The notes under the pieces are model-generated. The model was not told the origin of the DNA, did no database searches, and saw nothing but the letters and a program-made list of their open reading frames with translations. DNA of 64,000 bases from a virus. This document shows, piece after piece, positions 1-11,311 of this stretch. A program made the position numbers and the translations under genes. Positions within the stretch are counted from its first letter, which is position 1. Every line of letters starts with the position of its first letter. Location: IMG/VR virus record IMGVR_UViG_3300043419_002586, one strand, 5' to 3'.

Positions 1-3000
1 TACAATGCTGCTGGAAATGCAAATACAGCTTACATAATTTACAATATAAATTCTGAACCTGGAGATGGATATGACAGAACAAACTATGATTACCCTGTCA
101 GATGGGATGGTAGTCTTTATAGAAGAGTAAATTTATTTAATTCTTCTAGATGGATTTCTGTCAAAAACACAGGCACAGTTTCTAACAATGAAGCGCATAT
201 TATAATTCCAAAGTCTTATTTTGAAGGCGCACAATTTATAAATCCATACACAAATACACCAAAAGATTTAGGAATAGCTTCACATATATATCTTAAGACT
301 CAAGGAATAGGATCAACCTTTTCTTTAGGTGGAAGTATGGCAGGATTAGCTCTAACTTATCTTGCCTTCAATGTTCTTGAAGTATCTTCTACTGGATCAA
401 CTACAGAAAGAATTAAAGATCATTATTTATTCAAGGTAAAGACACCACCATCTTGGACTGCAAATTATTGGTATCATTTAGCATTTTATTGGGATACTCA
501 CGATACGAATTTTCTTCTTACTTATCCAACATACACAAGTGGAACTGCCTTAACTTTTGATTCTAATAACTTAACATCTACTTGGAATATTTACCCAAGA
601 AAAACTTATTTACAAAAAGATATTCAAAATTACATAGCATTTGATAAAACAGGTGTAAATGATACAAATGTTTATCTTTTTTCAAGAAATAAAACAAATC
701 AAAAATATTATGATGGCGATTATATAACAACTACAGAGCCATTCAGATATCTGTATCCAGAAACATTTAGTGCATATGGTGATACAAATTCCTTAGCAAA
801 CTATGTTTCATTAAGTTCATTCGAATATTTACCTGTTATATTAGCAACTAAAAACATTATATCTGGTAATCAATATGAAAATGGAGATATAGACTTTTTC
901 TTGTTTTTTGGAAAAGCTATGCCTCAAGAATCTGTACCTGTAGATTGGGAAGATTTTAAGAATTATCCAACAATTGAAAATGATTATGACATTGTTGCTA
1001 AAATGATTCTTTCATATCCATCTTTTAAAACTTCAGGAACGATTAAAACAAAATCAAATACAACTTACAACTTAAATAATGCTTCAATAATATATATAAA
1101 AAGAGATGCTGATAATTTTGCAGTTCCTCCTATAGGCGATAGTGATTTAATTAACGAAACTTTGCAAGATGTAATCTCTATGACCACATTCTCTAGAAGT
1201 GATGAATATAAAAACATTTACGATAAACTAGGTGCAGATTTAGTTGCTCCATTTTCAAATTTTAAATCTTATGGAACAAGCAGCTATGTAGATATTAAAA
1301 ATAATAGTTTCAAAAAAACAAAACTACTACATAATTTATTAAAATACCCAATTGCTCCAGCCTTAAAATCAAATTTCCAAACAACTAAAGGAAGTGGAAA
1401 AATTTCAATAGCCTCTGGAAATAATATAGTAATTGGCAATGCTTCTAAATTTACAAAAGAAATTACTGAAGGTGATTTTCTTTATAGTACAGATGGCAAA
1501 ATTCTATATGGACAAGTTCTTTCAATTGTTACTGACACATACTTGATCCTCGAAGAAAATTACAAATCTTCTGTTGACAGTCAGACATATGGAATCAAGA
1601 ATAATCCATTAGAAACAGAGCCAATTAACATAGAAGTTGAAGAATCTGGCGCAAACGCAATGATTTCTTGGCTCTCATCTCCTCCTACTAAAATTATCTT
1701 TAAGTACGATGAGAATGGAATGAATTTATATGATATTAATTTTGAAAGCGATACAGAATTTGAATTTTATCAAGAAATTTCAAATGTACCAGATTTATTA
1801 GATCAAGAAACTACTGGAATAAAATTGACTAAAGATTATTCTTTCTCAATAGTATTTCAAAATACTAAGAGTGATAAATTTATAAAGAATATAAAATTAA
1901 ATTCTTCTAAGTTTTTTATTTCTGATGATGAATATCTTAATAGACAAAAGAAAAAATTATCAACATCCGGGTATTTCAAGCAAGGATCACAAACAGAAAG
2001 ATCAAATAATGCTCCCGGAACCTTCAACTCAATAGAAGAATATCGGCTGTATGGTAATGCTGCAATAATTCCTAATATGCAAATGGGTGAAAGCAGAGTA
2101 ATATCAACTAAACAAGTACAACCTGTAGACTCCACAAAGCAAACCAAAACAGATTTTATTGCTAACTTAAAATCTTCTAATCCAAATATTACTGAAGCTC
2201 AAATTCAAGATAATATTAGTGATTATGAATTAACAAAATCTTTTTACAATCCAGATTCAAATAAATTTACAAATTCATTTTCTTCTATTAAGGAAATGGG
2301 GATGAGCGTTTCAAATTATGCATATAATAGAAATACTCATTGGATTTCAAATTATGAAGAAATAATTGGTGGAGATAAAAATAGAAGAATTCACACAGCA
2401 CAAAATATTTTGGATTTAAGATCTGATTCTTTCATTATTTCTATTGCTGGATATTCAACATCAGATGCATCAATTAATAGTCTTGAAAATTTAAACAAAC
2501 AACAAATATCAATATTTGAAGCTACTAATATCAATCAAACTGTTAAGGGCAGCTATAAGAGTGTAAATTACAACAGATTTGCTTTTAAAATTACACCAAA
2601 CGAATATCAAGATATCAAATCATTAAAAATAAGATTACAAAGTTTAGCAATTTGTAATAATCCTGATGCTTATATCCAAGTAAGTATTTGGGATAATTAT
2701 AATAGTCTTCCTAATGCCAAACTTATCACGGGCTCTAAAGTTTTCTATACATCTATAAAGAATTATCTTGATGATGTTTATTTTTATGTAAATTATTCAT
2801 TTACTAAAGATAGAACATATTGGATTGTATTTGAATCTAATACAAACCCGCCAAATTATGATGAAAAAACTTCTGGATTAGTAAGCGTAAGTGGAACAGC
2901 AGTAAGTGGACTTTATAATCCTGTCAATAATACATATTCTAACTTTAATAAATATCAAAAGTATGCTTCTATAGGTTTCGGAAGTACTTTATCAAACAAT

Positions 3001-4311
3001 ATTTCTACTTGGTATGAAATTGCATCTATTGGCTCTTCATCTTATATGACTTTGGCTGGAAGTGCTGGTACAAGTGAAAATCAAAATTATGTTATAAAGT
3101 ATGACCTTAGATTACAAATTCAAGAATCTCTTTCTCCAACAGCACTTAATTTAGCATTTTATGATGGATATTCTTGGACATCATCTACAGGGACACCATA
3201 CGTGATGTTTTTCGGATTAGACGATGAAATTTATGCTGGATTTAATAGGGATTTCAAAGATTCATCTCTTATAATGCCATCACCGAATAAATCAAGAGAA
3301 AATGATACTGATTATTTTGTTGATGAATTTTGGACCTTAAATAATCAAAATTTATTTACGCCTTCACAACTTTATATTTATCCAAGATCATTTCTGTCAA
3401 GAGTTGTCTCAATTGGAGCAACTGGAAGCTCTGGAACAAATTTACTTTATATGCCAGTTGAAAATTTTGATCCATCAGTTATGGTAGGTATAGCTGTCAC
3501 ATCAAATGTTTTAACAAGCGGAACTGCAATTACTAACTTGATTTATGATTCTGATATTGATTCATATAAAATTTATTTAAATAATAATTTATCAGGTACA
3601 GCTAATACTTATTACTTTGGAGATAATTTGAATAGATTTATCAAAAGATCAAATGATATTCATTTATATCTCAAATACAATGTTGATAATCAATTGCAAA
3701 CCAAATATGTAAAATTAGACAAATCACCAACTTGGATTACTAATTGGTATAAGAAATCTTCTTGGAATTATCTTGAATTAGATAAAAATGAAATGAGCGA
3801 CTTAACTTCAGCAAATTATAATTTAAATTTTTATAATTTTACTGGATTAGGTCAAACAAATTATTTTAGTGGTTATTCTTTGGGAGATTTTACTGCATTA
3901 TCTTCTATAGGTGCAACATTTGATTTCAGAGTGACTACAAACGGTGGTGTAAAACTATATATAAATAATCAAGAAAATCCTTATATAAGCGATTGGAATA
4001 ATTCTTCAACAAATTCATATATAGCATCATACGTTGCCACAGGAGCTTCACAACCAATATCTTTAGAATTACAGTTTAATAATTATCAAAACTTACATAG
4101 CTTAAAATTAGAATGGAGAAAAACTGGCGAATCATCTTGGCAAGAAGTTAATAATTCTTTCTATCAAGATTTATCAGTGAGCCCTATATTAATTGATAGT
4201 AGTAAAATTGAAAATTTGACTTATTTAGTTGTAGGCAAAACTTTAGAAGAAATCAATGATCAATATTATGGTTTTCCAATTACTGACAAGATTGTGATTA
4301 GGAACAAATAA
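1..4311 (+). CDS. Large virion (tail/baseplate-type) protein with C-terminal PA14-like domain; 5' end lies outside the window
   Basis: Frame 1 is open from base 1 into the 337..4311 ORF. Ser/Thr/Asn-rich; C-terminal 'FRVTTNGGVKLYIN...ISLELQF...LKLEW' resembles PA14; 'AFKITPNE...YWIV' domain shared with 5168..7618. Confidence 0.6.
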   Translation, partial: YNAAGNANTAYIIYNINSEPGDGYDRTNYDYPVRWDGSLYRRVNLFNSSRWISVKNTGTVSNNEAHIIIPKSYFEGAQFINPYTNTPKDLGIASHIYLKTQGIGSTFSLGGSMAGLALTYLAFNVLEVSSTGSTTERIKDHYLFKVKTPPSWTANYWYHLAFYWDTHDTNFLLTYPTYTSGTALTFDSNNLTSTWNIYPRKTYLQKDIQNYIAFDKTGVNDTNVYLFSRNKTNQKYYDGDYITTTEPFRYLYPETFSAYGDTNSLANYVSLSSFEYLPVILATKNIISGNQYENGDIDFFLFFGKAMPQESVPVDWEDFKNYPTIENDYDIVAKMILSYPSFKTSGTIKTKSNTTYNLNNASIIYIKRDADNFAVPPIGDSDLINETLQDVISMTTFSRSDEYKNIYDKLGADLVAPFSNFKSYGTSSYVDIKNNSFKKTKLLHNLLKYPIAPALKSNFQTTKGSGKISIASGNNIVIGNASKFTKEITEGDFLYSTDGKILYGQVLSIVTDTYLILEENYKSSVDSQTYGIKNNPLETEPINIEVEESGANAMISWLSSPPTKIIFKYDENGMNLYDINFESDTEFEFYQEISNVPDLLDQETTGIKLTKDYSFSIVFQNTKSDKFIKNIKLNSSKFFISDDEYLNRQKKKLSTSGYFKQGSQTERSNNAPGTFNSIEEYRLYGNAAIIPNMQMGESRVISTKQVQPVDSTKQTKTDFIANLKSSNPNITEAQIQDNISDYELTKSFYNPDSNKFTNSFSSIKEMGMSVSNYAYNRNTHWISNYEEIIGGDKNRRIHTAQNILDLRSDSFIISIAGYSTSDASINSLENLNKQQISIFEATNINQTVKGSYKSVNYNRFAFKITPNEYQDIKSLKIRLQSLAICNNPDAYIQVSIWDNYNSLPNAKLITGSKVFYTSIKNYLDDVYFYVNYSFTKDRTYWIVFESNTNPPNYDEKTSGLVSVSGTAVSGLYNPVNNTYSNFNKYQKYASIGFGSTLSNNISTWYEIASIGSSSYMTLAGSAGTSENQNYVIKYDLRLQIQESLSPTALNLAFYDGYSWTSSTGTPYVMFFGLDDEIYAGFNRDFKDSSLIMPSPNKSRENDTDYFVDEFWTLNNQNLFTPSQLYIYPRSFLSRVVSIGATGSSGTNLLYMPVENFDPSVMVGIAVTSNVLTSGTAITNLIYDSDIDSYKIYLNNNLSGTANTYYFGDNLNRFIKRSNDIHLYLKYNVDNQLQTKYVKLDKSPTWITNWYKKSSWNYLELDKNEMSDLTSANYNLNFYNFTGLGQTNYFSGYSLGDFTALSSIGATFDFRVTTNGGVKLYINNQENPYISDWNNSSTNSYIASYVATGASQPISLELQFNNYQNLHSLKLEWRKTGESSWQEVNNSFYQDLSVSPILIDSSKIENLTYLVVGKTLEEINDQYYGFPITDKIVIRNK

Positions 4312-5165
4312 TGGCAATGAATTATGCTTCGGCAATCACAATGAATAATTTAGTACTTGCTCTTGATCAAACATTCAGAACAGTTGATATGGCATTAGCT
4401 TCTCAAGAATATGCACTTTCTTACAATACAGTTGAAAGAAATTTGCAACTTCTTTACGGTCTATCAGCAATCAAATCACAAAACTACAATATGGCACTAG
4501 ATGTCTTAAGTTTTGGTAAAGGGCTTGTAAAAACAGCTTTATTGTCTAATAATATCGAACTCCCTGCTGGTAATGAGCAAGGATACACAATTCAACAAAT
4601 ATTAGGCAATATTGATACAATTTCGGATGGTTATATCTTTGGAAAAATATTCTTAACTTCCGACACAATAGATGGGCAAGAATTAATTTTTTCGTTAGCT
4701 AGACCATCAAGTGACCCAAATGGAAGTCCGCTGATAATTAATAAAGACATTGATATCAACACTGCAGAAGAAATTATCAAAACATCACAAGAATTGTCTT
4801 TTGTAACTGATAAAACATATGATTTAGAATTATATAAATTTATTGCAGATGTTTCGTATTACGATCAAACTATTAAGAATTCAAGAGTATTTTTTAAGCT
4901 TATCGATGAAAGATTACCAAGAGGTTATTTTGGATACACAGAAGAGAACATTTCAAAGATAGTAGTTTCATCTATCATAAGAAATTATGCGTTAATTTCA
5001 GAACAATATAATACGCAGAAAAATTTAACCAAAAGTATAATTTCAAATTGGGTTGGTAGTTCTTCTTGGGAACCTGATTTTGCAACATATTGGCAAAATT
5101 CAAGTCAATCATTACCAGCTAGACTTTTATCTTACCTATCATTAGAGTTGGGTGTAAATATATAA
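4311..5165 (+). CDS. Hypothetical protein, probably structural
   Basis: 284-aa ORF overlapping the upstream stop codon, inside a tight operon. Confidence 0.5.
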   Translation: MAMNYASAITMNNLVLALDQTFRTVDMALASQEYALSYNTVERNLQLLYGLSAIKSQNYNMALDVLSFGKGLVKTALLSNNIELPAGNEQGYTIQQILGNIDTISDGYIFGKIFLTSDTIDGQELIFSLARPSSDPNGSPLIINKDIDINTAEEIIKTSQELSFVTDKTYDLELYKFIADVSYYDQTIKNSRVFFKLIDERLPRGYFGYTEENISKIVVSSIIRNYALISEQYNTQKNLTKSIISNWVGSSSWEPDFATYWQNSSQSLPARLLSYLSLELGVNI

Positions 5166-5167
5166 AA

Positions 5168-7618
5168 ATGGCAATATCATCAAAAGTAGAAGAGATCGTT
5201 CTTGAATTAACAAAAACAGTTGGTAATATTTATGATGCCTTGAATTATGGGATCGGTGATATTGATAAACCTGGATCTTCTATATTTGAAATCAATAATT
5301 TACTATCAATGGCAAATACAGGATTCCCATATTTTGGAATTTTGGAAACTGCTCCATTAGGTTGCGATACAACTTATGATATTACTTATGATCCTTATTA
5401 TGTAACTGTGAGAAGTGGTCAATTAGCTTACAATGGATCTGTTATAAATTTACAACCACAGAAGATTCCATTAAAAAAAGAATGGTCAAAAAATTACTCA
5501 GTGGGTGGATTTGGTTCTAGTTATAAATATGGAGTAACTTTGGGCTTACCTATTACAGAAGCGCAAAAAGCAACTCAAACTTGGGCAACTACTGTAAGTG
5601 ACACTTGTTTGGCAGGGACATCTATTTTATTAGTCAAAGATGCATCTATAGCAGTAAATCTAGGATTTCCAATTCAAGCATTTGTAGGTAATTATTTGAT
5701 CACTTTTTCAAATGTCACAGATGATTTGACAGGCTTGATTGTAGATCCTTCATACTACAATGGATCTTCTTTTGGAACATTACCAGCAACATACTATTTG
5801 GATAATCCAGTAAGTTTTTTGTTTCAACCAAGAGTAAAATACATTACAGGTTTTCCAGTTTTAGAAACTTCTGAAAATGTAAATACTTTTGATTATTTTC
5901 CACCATTACCTCAAAGTTGGATTCCAATCAGTAAGGTTATGGTCAAAAATCCTGAAAATCCAGTTGTTGTAGACTCAGGTACTGGTCTTACTAGAACTGT
6001 AATTGATATGCCTACAGATATATCAACATATCAAATTTTGGGCGATACTACTGATAAAAATTTAATTATTCAAAGTTGCAATGAAGCTAATAGTTCCTTG
6101 ACAGCCTATAAATCAAATGATTATGTCAGGAATACAGTTTCAGCAGTGTATCGATACTTAAGTACAGTGTCTTCTAACTCTGGTCTTACGAACAGAGAAT
6201 TGTTAGCTTCTCAACCATTTAGGAAAACAGAGTTCTATTCTAAGGGTACATCTTTTAGCGGTCTTGAAAGATTTGAATTACCTTATAATTTTTCTAAAGC
6301 ATATTTCGAAACAATTGGCTCTGATGTTCAACACACATTTGCAGTTTTTAGAGGTGATTTAATAACATATAATGCTGCAATTGGAAGTGACAATACTGCT
6401 TCTGCAACTGGATTTACAAATGTGGTAATTCCTTGTTCGAATTATATTTCATCACTTTCTTCTGGTACTCAAATTTATGGTGTGACAATTGTTTATAATA
6501 TTTCAACTGACGAATATGTTGAAAGCATTCCAGTTTACAGTAATTTGATTTCTTCTAATTTTACTTCTAGCAATTATCTTGTTGAATTAAATTGGACAGG
6601 TGCTGGAATTACAAATCCGCTTTTTTATCACGTTTACAAAAAGCCTCAATTATGCAGCGACTTAATAGAAAGAAAGCTTACAAATATAAATGAAATTCAA
6701 CATCCTTCATTTAATTCTATGACAAGTATTGAAGATAATTCTGATTTGTCTTTGAATAATGGATTGACAGCATTCAAGATTACTCCAAATGAAGATTGTT
6801 TCATAGGAGGAGTTTCATTAAAATTAAAATACACAGCTGGCGGACAAATGACAGGATCAGGCTCTACAGGTCTTTCAATTTCAATTTATTCTGCCACAGG
6901 TTCTACTCCTACGCCTAATGGTATGATTACAAGTTCATCTCTTATAAGAAATTCTGATATTCAACAAGGAACTAATGAATATACAATCAAATTTAGTTCA
7001 GGAGCTAACTTAAATCAAGGTTCTACATATTGGCTAGTCATCAATAAACCCTCAGATTTTACAACTGGTTTAGGTTCAACGGCTTTATATACCAGAATAA
7101 TTACAGGAGGATCAGGTCAAGGTTTAACTTCTGTAAACAATGGATCATCTTGGACTGGAACTGGTGGAACTGCGTATTATAAATTTAGAGGATATCTTGA
7201 TGACGGAAACATATCTGGTGAAGTATTAAGACGTGGAGTTAAGCTTACTAATAGAATAGCACTGCAGCCAAGTAAAATTTCTGTTTATGTACCTTATGTA
7301 GAAGATTTGACATCATCAAATGTTGTTTTCAATGGATCAACAACAGGAATTGCAACAACTGATGATCAAACAATCAAGAATGATCTTATCGTTACTGTAA
7401 TTGCTAAAAATGGTGAAAATGGTGAACCTACAACGTTAACTACTACAGTTCCAAAAGGTACACCAAGAAATCAAAGATTTGCTCTTGGAAATGATTTACA
7501 AGTGTTTGATAGAGTGATAGATGCTTATATTACTCCAGGAACAGACTTGACAAGAATAAACAATGGTCCAATTTTATGGGATATTTATGATCTTATAACT
7601 ATTGAAACTACACCATAG
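5168..7618 (+). CDS. Putative tail/baseplate structural protein
   Basis: 816 aa, G/S/T-rich; contains an 'AFKITPNE...ISIYS...YWLVI' domain paralogous to the one in 1..4311. Confidence 0.5.
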   Translation: MAISSKVEEIVLELTKTVGNIYDALNYGIGDIDKPGSSIFEINNLLSMANTGFPYFGILETAPLGCDTTYDITYDPYYVTVRSGQLAYNGSVINLQPQKIPLKKEWSKNYSVGGFGSSYKYGVTLGLPITEAQKATQTWATTVSDTCLAGTSILLVKDASIAVNLGFPIQAFVGNYLITFSNVTDDLTGLIVDPSYYNGSSFGTLPATYYLDNPVSFLFQPRVKYITGFPVLETSENVNTFDYFPPLPQSWIPISKVMVKNPENPVVVDSGTGLTRTVIDMPTDISTYQILGDTTDKNLIIQSCNEANSSLTAYKSNDYVRNTVSAVYRYLSTVSSNSGLTNRELLASQPFRKTEFYSKGTSFSGLERFELPYNFSKAYFETIGSDVQHTFAVFRGDLITYNAAIGSDNTASATGFTNVVIPCSNYISSLSSGTQIYGVTIVYNISTDEYVESIPVYSNLISSNFTSSNYLVELNWTGAGITNPLFYHVYKKPQLCSDLIERKLTNINEIQHPSFNSMTSIEDNSDLSLNNGLTAFKITPNEDCFIGGVSLKLKYTAGGQMTGSGSTGLSISIYSATGSTPTPNGMITSSSLIRNSDIQQGTNEYTIKFSSGANLNQGSTYWLVINKPSDFTTGLGSTALYTRIITGGSGQGLTSVNNGSSWTGTGGTAYYKFRGYLDDGNISGEVLRRGVKLTNRIALQPSKISVYVPYVEDLTSSNVVFNGSTTGIATTDDQTIKNDLIVTVIAKNGENGEPTTLTTTVPKGTPRNQRFALGNDLQVFDRVIDAYITPGTDLTRINNGPILWDIYDLITIETTP

Positions 7619-7626
7619 GTTTTTAT

Positions 7627-9099
7627 ATGAGAAAAGATATTAATGCAAGTTCTTCTCCAGCAGATATGAATGCTCTTGCTTTTGATCAAACCGTTATAGC
7701 TCCAAGCATAGGAAGTTCAGAAGCTTTTCCAAGTCAATATCTATATAAAGAAGCTTACAATAATTTCAGCTCTCATTTGTACGCTCCAGCATTTGAAACT
7801 GGATATTATGATATTTTTGCACTATCAAGAGAATATTCTGAAGATCCAGATTTTAATTTATCATTCAATAATATAAATACAAATTATCTGTTTTCTATAG
7901 ATAATTTTAATATTCAAGGCGCTCAAGAATCTGATGCTGGACAAAGATACGCTGGAGAGGGATCAAATCCCAATACCTTTCAATTAGGTCCAAAAGAATA
8001 CAATGTCAGCTTTACTTATCCATTCAAAGTAGACAGTTGGGGTTACTTAGATTTTTCTCTTGCTGCTTTCTTTGATTATTGCATTCAAGCATTTAAGGGA
8101 TCACCAACATCATTTATAGGAAGATTTACTACTGATAATGCATCAACCATAACTGCTGGAACTACACAACTTTACATAGATAATATTTCGGAATTTATGG
8201 GATTATCTTTACCATTCAATGCAAAAATTAAATCTGATATTAATACGAATTATGATTTAGTAGAAGTTACTGCAATTGATAAAGCTAATAGATTGCTTAC
8301 CATTGCTGCAGGAGTAAATGTTGCTTTCAGTAGAGATACTTCTTTTATATCAGCATATCCTCAATCTGCAGGAAGAGAAGCTTCTTTCTCATTATTCACT
8401 TTGAAACAGGGCTTGCTGAGTGGCTGTTTAGTAGAAAAGTTTGCAATAAATTTTAAACCTGGAGAACAAATAACAGCTTATATTGATTTGAAAGTTCTGA
8501 ATGTAGACAGAACTTATCAAGTGCAAATGTATAACAATTTTACATCAATTATTGAAAATTACTTTAAGAAAAAACCTAGTTACATTCTTAACGGTTTTAA
8601 TGTTAGAGTGTATAAAAGTGCACCAGAGTATGGTCTATTTGGTCTTGGCACTTTAATAGATTCCAAATTATTTAGAGGATTTCAACAATCACAATTAGAC
8701 AGCATTTATGTTACAGAAATGGACATAAGTATTGAAAATAACTTAAAACCTGTGTTTACCCTAAATTCAAAATCAAGTGATTCTAAACAAAATTTCTTTA
8801 AAAATTCTTTACCATATGGATATTACTCAGAAGGACGTAAAATTTCTGGATCTATTACATACACTGGTCCTATAAAACCTTGGGCAATGGTTGAATTTTT
8901 ATCTGGACCTAGCAGCATAAATAATGACGGTATAACTTTTGATATGGGTCCAATCAAATTAGAATTGCCTGAATTGGTTTGGTCAACTGTTTCTCAAGAA
9001 CATTCTAGAATTGAATATCAAAAGAATAAAGTAAACTTTACAGTGGCAACACAAAACTATACTTTTGACCCAGTACTAAAATCAACAGGAAGTTATTAA
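7627..9099 (+). CDS. Tail tube-like protein (paralog 1)
   Basis: C-terminal 'MDISIENNLKP...EGRKISGSITY' resembles phage tail-tube C-termini; tail-module context. Confidence 0.45.
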   Translation: MRKDINASSSPADMNALAFDQTVIAPSIGSSEAFPSQYLYKEAYNNFSSHLYAPAFETGYYDIFALSREYSEDPDFNLSFNNINTNYLFSIDNFNIQGAQESDAGQRYAGEGSNPNTFQLGPKEYNVSFTYPFKVDSWGYLDFSLAAFFDYCIQAFKGSPTSFIGRFTTDNASTITAGTTQLYIDNISEFMGLSLPFNAKIKSDINTNYDLVEVTAIDKANRLLTIAAGVNVAFSRDTSFISAYPQSAGREASFSLFTLKQGLLSGCLVEKFAINFKPGEQITAYIDLKVLNVDRTYQVQMYNNFTSIIENYFKKKPSYILNGFNVRVYKSAPEYGLFGLGTLIDSKLFRGFQQSQLDSIYVTEMDISIENNLKPVFTLNSKSSDSKQNFFKNSLPYGYYSEGRKISGSITYTGPIKPWAMVEFLSGPSSINNDGITFDMGPIKLELPELVWSTVSQEHSRIEYQKNKVNFTVATQNYTFDPVLKSTGSY

Positions 9100-9485
9100 T
9101 GAGTATTTTTGTAGATGCTGGAAAGAGATTTGAATTAAAGATAAATTGCAATATCATCAAAAATGATAATGGCGAAATACTTTGTTACAAAATAGATCCT
9201 AATGGCAAATGTGAAATTTCTTGTGATGTCAAAGGAAGAAACTTCTCAGATATGTCAAATATTATAGAAGAAGCAACTATTATTAATTCAGTTACTGGAA
9301 ATCCTCTCCTAAGAACGTCTGTACTTTGCAAGAGTATCATAACAAGTTTTTTTTCTGTAATCAAAATTAGAGAGGAAGATAATGAAGAAACGTATTATCC
9401 AGATCCTCATAATGTTAATATGATTAGATATGAATTAGTTAAAGCTTTGTCAAAAAAATGGTTAGAAATGACGGGCGGAAAATAA
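9099..9485 (+). CDS. Small protein, possible tail assembly chaperone
   Basis: 128 aa directly after a tube-like gene; call is positional only. Confidence 0.3.
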   Translation: MSIFVDAGKRFELKINCNIIKNDNGEILCYKIDPNGKCEISCDVKGRNFSDMSNIIEEATIINSVTGNPLLRTSVLCKSIITSFFSVIKIREEDNEETYYPDPHNVNMIRYELVKALSKKWLEMTGGK

Positions 9486-10727
9486 ATGCCAGATATCGTA
9501 AACAATGTCATAAATGGAATATATCCAGCATCAGGACACAATATTTTTGTGTGTGAACTTGCTCCATTTAATGAAACAGGTTTATATACACAGCAATTGA
9601 AATCGTTTGGTGGTTTTAGAATTGCAAAAAACACAACTGGATCAAGATCACACCTATGGGATTTATATCTATTAAGCGCAAATATGACCAATCGTGCATC
9701 TTTAGGATATTATTTCACTAAAAGGTTTTCTTCAGACTATAAGCCATTATATTGTTCAAGTTTTACTGATAATGCAGGAGATAATGTTTATCAACCTGTT
9801 CAAAACTTTTCAGGACTTTCGGTATTAAATCATCCTACATTTACAAATTATCAATATTCTGGAAATTTTTCTTTTAATCCAATACTTTCAACAAATATAA
9901 ATCAACAATACTCAGCAGAAATTATAATGTACAGAGCGTCATTCATACCTCTCTATCCTTTAATTTTTTGTTCCAGTATCCCAACTCATAAATCTTTTGG
10001 ACCCGCATTTGTCAGCAACTTTCAAATTAGTGTCGATGGTACTAATCAATTAGGAGATGTTGAAATAAATTGCTCTTTAGTTGGAGGAAGATCTGTCATT
10101 TCTCCAGATAATGTAACTATATATAGACCATTTTTAAATAATAATTATATTCAAATGAAGTCTTTGAATGAGTCAGATAATCAATCTATAACAATAGAAT
10201 CGAATAATTTTCAAGACAAATATAGAGCTATAAATCTTTCTGACTGTGCATTTTATCCTGGATTGTTCACTGGAAACAATGCATTTAGAAATTTTGCAAA
10301 AGCAGTGCAAAGTTCCTACAGTTCAAATAATATGCCAATTCACAAAATTGTAAGTATGTCTTTATCAGTCCAACAATCTGTAGACTTTACATATACATAC
10401 CCTGGTTATTCTTATGGAAATAACTTATATGAGTTTTTCGATATTGCTGGACCTAGATTTGCAGCATTAAGCAATAGAAGAGTAACAGGATCATTAAAAT
10501 TATTTAGTCCACAAAATTATAGTTTCATTCAAACAAATGCATCAGCTTTGACATTATATTTTGGAAGTGTGTTTTTTTACAGTATGAAAAATGTAGATTG
10601 GCAACAACCCACTATCACTATAAGTCCTGGAAATGGATTTTTTATTGAATATAATTTCACTGCTAGATTAACTGAATTTACTGCTTTTAATGGCTTGAAC
10701 AATACAAGAGTTTCGGAATTTTTATGA
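9486..10727 (+). CDS. Tail tube-like protein (paralog 2)
   Basis: 'MSLSVQQSVD...NRRVTGSLKL' mirrors the C-terminal pattern of 7627..9099. Confidence 0.4.
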   Translation: MPDIVNNVINGIYPASGHNIFVCELAPFNETGLYTQQLKSFGGFRIAKNTTGSRSHLWDLYLLSANMTNRASLGYYFTKRFSSDYKPLYCSSFTDNAGDNVYQPVQNFSGLSVLNHPTFTNYQYSGNFSFNPILSTNINQQYSAEIIMYRASFIPLYPLIFCSSIPTHKSFGPAFVSNFQISVDGTNQLGDVEINCSLVGGRSVISPDNVTIYRPFLNNNYIQMKSLNESDNQSITIESNNFQDKYRAINLSDCAFYPGLFTGNNAFRNFAKAVQSSYSSNNMPIHKIVSMSLSVQQSVDFTYTYPGYSYGNNLYEFFDIAGPRFAALSNRRVTGSLKLFSPQNYSFIQTNASALTLYFGSVFFYSMKNVDWQQPTITISPGNGFFIEYNFTARLTEFTAFNGLNNTRVSEFL

Positions 10728-11311
10728 TGCAAGAATTTATTGAATTTTACGAAAGAAACAAATCTAACAAAGTACATATTATCGATATTGACAGTGTGAA
10801 GTTTATTGTGCGAGAAATTACTTGGAAAGAGGGGCTTTTGATCGATGCTAAATCATTTAGAAAGAAAGATAATATTGTTTATCAAAATTCTGAATTTGAA
10901 AAAAGAGAAATCTTAAGTTTAGCTATATTAAGAGCATATGACTCATCCACAAATACAGATTATATGCCTAAATTTGAAATTTCATTATTGGAAAAGTTAG
11001 ACTATACAATAATAGAAAAGTTGTGGGTTGAATATCAAAATTATCTCTATCTAAATGCTGATGAAGCTAATTTTTATTATATTGCTACAAAAAAATATTA
11101 CAATCCAAACGATACAGAAACTTATCCCGTGCCACCTCTAATTGTTGAAATTGATTATATGACACGAGGATTAGTTTCTATGAGCAAAGAAGAATTTTCA
11201 AATTTGAGTATGAAAGAGTTTGAAACAATACAATTAATTTTAGCTACTAAGAATGAGGCTAAACCTGAATCTGCAGCTGATTTAGATATTGATTTAGAGA
11301 GAGAATTTTAA
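10724..11311 (+). CDS. Possible tail assembly chaperone
   Basis: 'VKFIVREITWKE...IEKLWVEYQ' pattern; follows a tube-like gene. Confidence 0.35.
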   Translation: MMQEFIEFYERNKSNKVHIIDIDSVKFIVREITWKEGLLIDAKSFRKKDNIVYQNSEFEKREILSLAILRAYDSSTNTDYMPKFEISLLEKLDYTIIEKLWVEYQNYLYLNADEANFYYIATKKYYNPNDTETYPVPPLIVEIDYMTRGLVSMSKEEFSNLSMKEFETIQLILATKNEAKPESAADLDIDLEREF

